DNA of 64,000 nt from the human T2T-CHM13v2.0 reference genome, Homo sapiens, in NCBI RefSeq assembly GCF_009914755.1, contig NC_060928.1; one strand, written 5' to 3'. The position numbers and the translations under genes are program-made. The stretch's first letter is position 1, and the number at the start of each line of letters is the position of its first letter. Shown here piece after piece: positions 54,201-64,000 of this stretch. Below the pieces are notes generated by a model. That model was not told the origin of the DNA. It saw only the letters and a program-made list of their open reading frames with translations, and did no database searches.

Positions 54201-56353
54201 ATTTTAGGGCTTTTTCATGACCTTTAGTAGAACTGGGTTCCTTTGAGATGACATGTGCCAAGCACCTGAATGTACCTTGCAAGATTTCCAATTCTTAATT
54301 TTTGACTTCTTGACTTCATACAAGTAGTGAATTTTGGCTGCAAAGCTGCATTATAAGAAATGTTTGGATATAAATTCTCAGTTATGTTTTTCACATGTCT
54401 GTTTATTACCCTTCTTCGTATTTGACATTCCAACTGATAGCGAGTTACAAAGGAATTAATATTCCATGTGGTACCCAAGGAGTATATTTCACATTCCCAC
54501 TTAACACTCAGAGTTCTGGCTTAGGTTTTGAGGGATTCCTTTGATACCCCACTGTGGGTGGTCTGTGCTTGGGCCTTGTCCCTTCTCTGTGGTGCTTTAA
54601 ATAATTGACTCCAAGTTCACAGAGTCTGGGAGACCTCAGATGAAACCTGGCTGCAGGAAAACACTTTTATTCCCTGACTCATCTCTCCACTCAGGTCTCT
54701 GACCTGAAATCTTCTGACATTATTATTATGTAACTAATGATTTTAAGGCAATATATTTTATATTTTATCCAGAACTATTAGTTTTTTCAGTACAGGTACC
54801 AATCCGAGTGCTATCCAGTCATATTAGCAGAAACAGCTGTTCAGACTTTTTTTGTCTGTTTGTTTTAAGACTGGTAATGTTTAAAATGATGTAATCAATG
54901 TTAATTTTATTATTCTGTACCAGCAAATTATTTTCTTTATTCATTAGAGAATTTAAGACTATTATTATTAGTGAGCACAATTACTACCATATTTAAACAC
55001 TAACATAAAAGCTGACAAAATATTCTCCAAAGATAATGGAATCCAAGGGTATATAAGGAAATCACCATACATCAGCCTGCCATGTTAAAACATGAAAACA
55101 TCCATGTACTATGCCTTGGCATGTACTATGCCTCTGAGTCTAGTGTGCGATTTAATCTTAATCTATAGGAAGGACTAAATCCTTGATGCATATTTTATTT
55201 CCCAAACCAAATAATTTCTGCTATTCCTAGATAATCATAATTATTTTAAAATTTTTAATTTACTAGAGATAAAGAATAAGAAAAAACTTTGTTGATTTAA
55301 AGCCCAAACCATTGATCATGGAGCAAGCCATAGAAGCTTAGGTAGAAGGCTACAGATATTGTCATTTCTCACAGTATTATAATAAAATAATAATATTTTT
55401 AAATGATATATTATGTTTTACTCTCATTGTTAATATTTTTGAGTGTTTAATGATTTAATTTATATTTGTGAAGCACTGATGATCCTGAAAATTTGAAAAC
55501 CTTCCTCTAAAAAAATATGTACATTCTTTTTCTGGATGGGTGATTCTGATGTGAGCAAATGCCCATGTGTTTATGTGTTCAGTCTTACACTCTACTGACT
55601 TTTGATCCATTAATTTAATTTTTAGATTAAATTCAACTTTCTCTATTCATATATATGAAATACATAATAAATTTTATTTATCTATATAGTGGAAAATGTG
55701 TATCTTAGTTATTTAAAATCAGGATTAACTGAGTGTATCAGGAGCCTTCATAACTTACCACAGAAGATGGTACTTCATCAATAGTGTTTACTTAAAAGTC
55801 TTTGACTTCTAGGAAGCTGACTGGTTCAGGGGTTTATTAGTCTGCTGATAATGTCAGAACAATTTTTCACATTCACTTAGAGTGGAAGCTATTCAGAAAA
55901 GATGCTTGCTGGGATTTGAACATAATGGATTTTTCTAATTCACTCCCACACTTGCCACCCACATATTTTCTTTCTATTATTTCACAGATGAAATTAGAGC
56001 CATAGTCAAGAGTTTATAATTAAAGTGACATTGTTATTGCGTTTATATTATACCCAAAACAATGATCAAAGATTAACTAAAGGTCAAGGCACAATGTGTT
56101 AGAAAACAAGGAAACACACACACACACACGCTGAACTAGCAATTAAGGTTAGCAGCATATAATCGGAAAAATTCGTTCTTGGTGATGGGAGAATCACATT
56201 CAGTTGTACAACTGAATGTGAAAATGAAAGGTGATGGTGACAGAAATTAATTTTGTTCATATTATGAGCATTTATAGCAGACAGAGCACCAGGCAAGATC
56301 ATAGAGTGGCAAAAATTGAAAGCACTAAAGGCTTATTAAGACCATCAGTTTCA

Positions 56354-56536
<183 letters not shown>

Positions 56537-56854
56537 TTAGTGATGAATGGTTCTTAGTCTTCTCTAGTTTGAAATATTTTGAGAAGCAAGACATTTGTTC
56601 TTTCTATTTCAATTCAGTACAGTCCCAGGCTAACACAAACATGCCCAATGTGTGTAACTGGAGCTCCACAAAAATTTGTTCATCAAACATAGCCAATTCT
56701 GCCTTTTCTGTTCTTTTGGATAGCTTTTCTCACTGTCAGAATGGTCTCTATGTAGTTTCTAGAGTATTTTCTCCAATTCTTCTAGGTCATAACAAAGGCC
56801 ATGAAGCATTTCCTCATCTCTATAATTTTTTTTTTTTGCTTTTTAAAAATTTTT

Positions 56855-57065
56855 ATACTTTTTTATTTTGAATTAATACTAGACTTAGAAAAAGGTTGCA
56901 AAAATAGTAAAGATACCTCCCTTATATCTTTCTTCCATTTTCTCTAATGTTAATGTCTTAACCATAGCACACTTGTCAAAAGTAGAAAATTAATATTGTT
57001 ACAATAGTATTTTTTAAACTACAGAGTTTATTCAAATCCTGTCAGGTTTTCCACTATTGTCCTCA
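56855..57065 (-). mobile_element. L1MC 3' end fragment
   Basis: ttttattttgaa...gttgcaaaaatagt...aatgttaa...aaattaatattgttacaata...aaactacaga. Confidence 0.6.
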
Positions 57066-57354
57066 TGTTGAATACCTGTACCTAGTTATGTGTGACTAGA
57101 TTTCCTGAAAGTAAGTATAGCTAGAGATATTTATCTGGGAGTCATAAACATACAGAGTAATTAAAGCCATGATTTTGGAGGAGATCCCCTAGAAAGTGAA
57201 TGCAAATAGAAAATGAGTTATCAAAATACTGATCGCTACAGTCATCTATCATTTATAAACTGGGAAGATGAGACTTTATGAAATAGACTGAATGGGTCTA
57301 TCTGGTGAGTTCTGAAGTAAACCAAGTAGGATGTCACTGAGGATGAATGAAAAA

Positions 57355-57355
<1 letters not shown>

Positions 57356-57388
<33 letters not shown>

Positions 57389-57402
57389 ATGTATGTGTGT
57401 GT
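57356..57402. repeat. (GT)n microsatellite
   Basis: Read directly from the sequence. Confidence 0.95.
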
Positions 57403-57512
57403 ATCAGGTATAGAGAAAAACATTGATGATGCAAGAAAAAAAATATTTACTAATTGTGAGAAAGAGTCCTTGAGTAAAAAATACGGGATTTGATTTTGTG
57501 TTTACAAAACAT

Positions 57513-57848
<336 letters not shown>

Positions 57849-60147
57849 CTATGTTTATGGGTACAGACCTAGGTAGGATGGTGGGTAATAGAGAAATGTG
57901 TAGAAATTATCTTCTTTTTAGTTTTTATTTTATTCAGTGAAATAAAAGAGCAAGATTACCAGATGAGAGTGAGGACTTGGGAAATGGGTCCAAAATAAGT
58001 GCCACATAACATAAGCAGTTTTAAGGATCACAGGCTCAACACATTGAAGGTCATTTCTTACCAACAAGTTGTCCAGATAGTCTTCTTTAAGCTAATCTAT
58101 TGGGTGGATCTCTTCCAAACAGTCCTTAGATTCAGCCTTTGTCCAAAATGTGGCTTCGTAGACTTCATCGTGGAGCTTTGTTCAGGCTGCAGGAAAGATC
58201 AATAGGGAAAGTGTGGACAAGAAAATCAAAAAGTTACTCATCGTCTGTACTCACATTTCATTATCTAAAGCAGGTCACTTGTCTCCACCTAACTGTGACA
58301 AGGCCAAGAAATACAGTTCAGTTCTATAACCAGGAGGAGGAAACGACTTTCATTAAGTACATAGCTCATTTCTGCTACAATAGGGTTCAAGGTTTGAGGA
58401 GAAAAAAGGATGTAACATGTGAATTTAAGTCATTAGGAAAATAGAAATTATTATCTATAGGGAAGTTGCTGAGTAGTACAAAAGTCTCTGTTGAGGTTGG
58501 TAGTTTTAAAGTGGGAGCATTTAACATAGTTTGATATTAGTTCTTAAAGTTGTGATCATGGTTTTACAGTTAGAGTAGTCAGTAATATGACTACTATGGT
58601 AATGTTTCTGCCTGTGAGAAACAGGAAGTGAGTTGGATTGAGCCACATTAGAGTTTTACCTGGAAGGCTCAGGAGAGAGAAGAAAGAGACTTGAGGGAAT
58701 AGCAAATGGGTAATTATAAAATAAATTATAACATCCAAAACCGATAGGGAAGAATGTAAGGACAAAATCTCAGTGACTTTGAAAAGCTTGTAGGGTCAAC
58801 AGATTTATGGTCCCAGAGATATTTAAAGCAAAACGAAAACAAAAAGTATTGCAGTCAGGGACCAGAGGGAATGAGGTAGAAACACAGGATTTGCGTGTTA
58901 ATGAAGTGCTTGTAATGGGTATGACCATAAGAGGTGAGTTAAAGGAGAAGAGCATCAGAGAGGAAGACACTGAAAGTGTTCTCTACTTGAATATCAAAAT
59001 AATAATTAATTATGGCAGAAGAAATAGAGGGAGTGCTAATGATTCAGGGGCTAAAATCTTCCAGTTTTGACAGGGAGGGCATGGGATCTGTGAATTGCCA
59101 TATGATTTTCAAAGGAACTGAAGGTTTTGTAGAGTAGAGAGGTTGTATGAACGTGCCACAGAAGGATGAGGAAGACATTTGCCTCCAGGCAAAGTGACAC
59201 GTTTGAGAGGAAAAACAATCATCACTAGATGACTGCATGGAAAGCAGTCTTGGGGCACAGTAGTAATTTTGTTTAAAATAAGAGAATAAATCAACACTGC
59301 AAATAAGGAATTTTCTTAATGAAATAGTATGGATTTCAATGGATTTCACAAAGATTCTTGATTGTACAGAGGTGTGACATTGGGTCAGGTAAGGCAATTT
59401 GCAGTTTTATTCCAGGATGAGAGTCTTGTTAATGAGGGATAACATTTAGGAAAGTAATTAATTTCAGCAGCTTTGAGCAATTAGCTGTTATTTTATCTGT
59501 TTTCCCAACTATCCCTTGAGCACAATCCCTTTGGATACGTGGGGGTTTAATCTCACAAAGTCATAGACACACACACACACACACAATCATAAAAGTAATA
59601 TGATGTGGTATGTAAATCATACGTAGCATCACCATATTTGAGAGGCCAGAATATAAACCAATAAAAATGTTGAATGCATTATTAAGGCCAAAATGTTTTA
59701 ATAAAGAGAAAAATTAGTTTATATAAGCATTCGAGGTTTTTTTGTGTTTGTTTTTGTCAGTAGTCTTATCCTGAAGGAAGAAAAATTATTATCTAAGTCA
59801 ATTGATTCCTTTTCTTATAATAATCAGCAGTTAGAAATACTTGAGAATCCTCCTAGTGATATAAAACTTCAGAACAAGTCTCCAAAGAGAAACAGCTATG
59901 GTTTTAATAAATGAAGGCCTAGTATCATATAAGGGGAATACATATCACAGACTCAATTAATGTTTATGCTAATTGGTCTTTACAAGTGGGATATTAAATA
60001 TTGTATGATAATTAGATAAAAATATTAATAATAAAAATATAAATATTTCATTAAGATTATTAAGATTGAAATCATACAATACTTATAGAATGGTGTTGTA
60101 GGCTTTACTGATAGTAATCATGGCCAGTTCTTTGTCATTTCCAACTA

Positions 60148-61060
60148 TAGTTGGTTGTGCTAAATGCTTGTTTTGAAAATGCAAATTTGTTCCAACTTGA
60201 TTGACAAAGTAGGAACTATTTGAGCAAAATGAAGTTTTTGCATTTGCTTATGTGCAAACTCTTCCTGAGAAACACTGGGTGCACACATAAAACTGTACCC
60301 AGATGAATGAATACAAGCAGGAATTACGCAAACTGCATACTCTTCAAATATCTGCTACCTACTTCCATTTGTGGTACAGGTTAAAACTTGCAATGGTCTA
60401 AGTATTTGTGCCTGTCCAAACCTCATATACTAAAATCCTGATCCTCAAGGTAATCATATTATAATTGAGGGCCCTTGGGAGGTGATTACTTCATGAGGGA
60501 AAGAGCCTTCAGGCTGAGATGACTGCCTTTATAAAAAAGGCCCCAGAAAAACCCTCACCCCTTCCTTCCACCATGTGAGGACACCACGAGGAGGTGCTAT
60601 TTGTGAAACAGAAAGTGAGCTTTCACTAGATACTGAATCAGCTGAAACCTTAATCTTGGACTTCCTAGACTCCAGAACTGTGATAAATACATTTCAGTTG
60701 TTTATAAGCCACCTAGTTTATGGTATTTTGTTATAGCAGCCCAAAAGGACTAAGACAGTCCTATTTCATATAACCCTCTTTCCACCCTCTACAAGATGCT
60801 ATTATTCTGATCCACACATCTGCAAGTAAACCTTAGATCTGTTTCAAGGTAAAATGCCATTATTCTTGCAGTATTTTTATGTTTCTTAACCATAAAATTA
60901 TATTATTATTTTTAGTAGTGCCTACATTTTTTATTTTTTATCAGATGTTACTGATGAAGTTTTTGAGTGCTTGTTTTCCTAACCCTATTTCTTTACATAA
61001 ACCCGGTGGTTTGTATTTCATAATTTTACATAGTGTGGTAATTTTAAGGCAAAACTAACT
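60148..61060. mobile_element. Tigger13-like DNA transposon split by an MLT1A LTR
   Basis: gcttgttttgaaaatgcaaatttgttccaac...tttgagca...tttgcttatgtgc...gagaaacact...aaaactg.accag. The remainder resumes after 60757. Confidence 0.6.
60389..60757 (+). mobile_element. MLT1A0-like solo LTR
   Basis: tgcaatggtct...gggaggtgatta...ccatgtgaggacac...ggacttcc...tccagaactgtg...ttatagcagccc...gactaagaca. Confidence 0.85.
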
Positions 61061-61064
61061 ATAC

Positions 61065-61443
61065 CGGAAATTTCCACTTTTCAGCCTCCTTTCAGTAATT
61101 TGGGCAGTATTATGTAACACATTTTGGCTAATGGGCTATGGAGAGAAGTAACATGTAACTTCTAGGACAAAGTATAAGATCACAGGCACACAACCTTCCA
61201 ATTGTCTCTGATCCTGCTTCATCAGTGTGGGAGGACTAGTGTTCCAGATGGTGCAGCAATAGGAGGGTGGAACCCCTGTCAACTAGATCATTGCATCTCT
61301 GCATGAAAGACACTTTCTTTTAAAAATATTTGAGAACATAATCATATTGTATATGAAAGAAAAATAAACATTTATAGTGTTAAACCACTGAGATTGTGAA
61401 ATTGTCTCCTACTGAAGCATAGCATAGTATTTTGATTTGTATA
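61065..61443 (+). mobile_element. Old MLT1-family LTR
   Basis: cagcctcc...tggctaatgg...gaagtaacatgtaacttc...aataaac...ttaaaccactgagatt. Confidence 0.55.
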
Positions 61444-62812
61444 GGAGGGAAAACCATAATCCATGAATTTGGGGTGTAGAGTTTCACCATACATCAATGT
61501 ATGTATTTTTAATATTCATCTTTATTAATCTTACTTTGAATGCATACATGCTGCTCTGTATGCAAAATGTTCTGCAGTTTTTACTAAATACATCATAGTA
61601 AATGTTGTGACTTCTCATCACTCCCTGCCCTCACACGTACAACTTCTTACCCTTAGAGCCATAAAATGAGAGTCAGGTCAACTGTCTTACGTGACTATTT
61701 CAGTATCTCATATGTGAAGGATGAGAAGAAAAGGATTTTACTTTGCTTATGAAGAAATGGAGGCAGCTGTCCCTCTTTTCTCCTGAAAGAGTCTACTCCT
61801 TACTCTGGCTCTTTGTTAAATAAACAAAATCTCTTCAGGAGCAAGATAGCCCTTTTGTTCTTCTTCTTTTACTGCATATAGATATCTCTAACAGTCTTGG
61901 CTCAATTGCTCCTTGAAATGAGAATACCAAGAAGGTTAGCCACTCCAGTCTTCTTGGCACTTGGGGGCTAAACAATTGTCGTCCTAGAGATAAGAGAAGA
62001 GTTATTATTTTGGGTGGGTAAGAGCAATTAACTATACAAATGGCTACAGATAGAATTTTCATGCTATGTGAAGAGTCTAAGGAGATAGATTCTAGCCATA
62101 TCTATCAATGAAGCAAAGAAGATATCTCCATTTTTGTAACCAGATAAAAAATCACCACGATTAATTTAAAATTAATCAAACTAAATTTTATACATGCTCG
62201 GACAAAGTTGGCAAATTATGTTCTTATTGACATAGGATTTAATAATTTTGTACTCCAGACAGAAACAAGTGTTATTTAAGGAAACACTATAAAAGTCTGT
62301 TTTTAAATTTTCCAAGAATAACTTCTTGTTTCTGATAATATTATTAGTAGCTGATAGTGTCCAAATGCTAACTTTGGGGTACATACTATTTTATGGGCTG
62401 TTTTCTATTAACTTACGTATTCCCCGCAACCCAATAAGGTGGGTACTAATAACAGTCCCATTTAATCTGTAATACAACTGAAGTAAAGAGAAATTTGTCC
62501 AAGGACACATATTTAGCAAAATCTGTAGTTACAATCTGATCCTAAGTCCAAATCTGATTCCATTTCCTTAATTATACTCTACTACTCTGAGGCAGTATGT
62601 CCTATTGTCTCTCCCTGTTGCCCATTCAACCCAAGAGATTTTATTAAAAGGACATGGAAGTTAATGGTTCAGTTGAATTAACAACAATTTTGATAGTGAC
62701 CAAGGCAACTGTATATAAAATTTTAATATTTGCAATAAGAAACCCAATGGATAGGTCAAAGAGCAAAATGAATACAGCTAAATCATAAATCAGAAATGGA
62801 TAAAGAGAAAAT

Positions 62813-63215
62813 TGCTATAGCTTGAATTCATGTTTCTCTCCAAAATTCATGTATTAAGTCTCAGATGATGGTATTAAGAGGTGAAGCCATTTGGCAAGTA
62901 ACTAAGTCATTAGGCATCTGCCCTCATGAGCGGATTAGTGCTCTTTTAAAAGAGGTTGATGGAAGCCCTGATGCTTTTTGATGCCTTTTTCTCTTCAGTC
63001 TTCACCATGTGAGAACATAGAGTCTCCATATTTTGCCCTGTGAAGATGCAGTAAGAGGTACCATTTTGGAAGCAGAGAGCAGTCCTTGCCAGACACAATC
63101 TGCCAGCACCTTGATCTTGGGTTTCCAGGCTCCAGAACTGTGAGAAATAAATTTTATTGCCTATAAATTAGCGAGTGTGGGTTTTTTGTTATAGTGTCAT
63201 GAATGGACTAAGATG
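62813..63215 (+). mobile_element. MLT1A/MSTD-like solo LTR inserted in an L1M
   Basis: tgctatagcttgaa...tccaaaattcatgt...gccctcatga...ggaagcagagagcag...ccagaactgtgagaaataaa...ggactaaga. Confidence 0.8.
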
Positions 63216-63800
63216 AAATGTGAACATGAGGTAAGGAGATACAAAGGATAGAAATAAAGGTACTTCCTTACCTGTAAAACAACTTCCAGGAAAAAAGAGA
63301 AATAAAACATATATATGTGAAAAAATAGTGACAAAGAATTGCCATAAAAAAGAAAACTGTGAGACATCATATTTAAAAAATTAATGGAATGCTACGTGGT
63401 GTGCATAAGAAGGAATTCAGAGCCGAAAGCAATACAGCCGAATTAGAAAAAATCAAAGACAAGGATGAAATTGTAAAATCTTGCAAAGAGTGAGAATTAT
63501 AAAAGAAAAATAATGAGACAGAAAGTACTCTTGGTATAAACATTTAATATAAAAAGGCAATGGGGTCATATTTCCAAAATGTCAAAGGAAAATAACTTTA
63601 AGCCTAGAATTTCATACCTAGTAAAATTATATTTTAAATATGAAGACAAAATCAATATGTTAAGAGTCATATTAACATTGGAAATTCAACTAACGAATGT
63701 TTTTGAAAATGCACTTGAAGAAAAATATCCTAATAGAACAAGGAAGGAGAATTCAGGATATTATAAGATTTTCATGAGGGTAATTAAGAATTAAGTTAAA
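63216..63800 (+). mobile_element. Ancient L1M ORF1 fragment
   Basis: ORF 63579-63794 has KENNFKPRISY.VKL.FK, matching the L1 ORF1 C-terminal motif. A-rich L1-like sequence also lies upstream of the LTR (~62690-62812). Confidence 0.65.
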
Positions 63801-63907
63801 CGAAGTTGCTGCTGTTGTATGAATAAGGAGTCACACACACAAAAAAAGACATAGACATAAAAATACTAAGATAGGTTCTATGTGATAAAACATAAAGGGG
63901 TGGGGCT

Positions 63908-64000
63908 TGTCTTTGTCAATAGTGGGCCGCTAGAACAATGTACCATAGACTGGGTGGCTTAAACAGTAAACAGTTACTGCTTTCAGTTCTGAAGGCTGGT
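63908..64000 (-). mobile_element. MLT1 LTR running off the window edge
   Basis: aacaatgtaccatagactgggtggcttaaaca...cagttctgaaggctgg. Confidence 0.7.

Noticed and set aside
55102-55134. catgtactatgcct repeated twice, a possible p53 element
   Set aside because: The half-sites do not fit RRRCWWGYYY; it is a simple 17-bp tandem duplication.

Overview
This is AT-rich, CpG-depleted primate (human-like) genomic DNA. It is dominated by interspersed repeats: Alu, L1, L2, MIR, MaLR/ERV LTRs and old DNA transposons. I find no credible host protein-coding exon, RNA gene or CpG island. The only ORFs with recognisable products are decayed retroelement frames: L1 ORF1/ORF2, a betaretroviral HERV-K-type gag matrix remnant, and Alu-derived frames. 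L1 fragments lie on both strands, which fits a gene desert or a large intron. The main landmarks are a MER11 (HERV-K11/HML-8) 5' LTR with PBS and truncated gag (8.3-9.8 kb), a two-LTR THE1 element (12.0-14.3 kb), a ~6.15 kb TSD-flanked L1PB (15.7-21.9 kb), a near-identical 145-bp duplication bracketing an older Alu (27.3-28.0 kb), an LTR8 solo LTR (45.6-46.3 kb) and a 5'-inverted L1MB (49.5-51.2 kb). I see no evidence of a new multi-gene system. The best leads are unusual rearrangement junctions and candidate regulatory elements. Subfamily names come from recalled consensus motifs and need RepeatMasker/Dfam confirmation.
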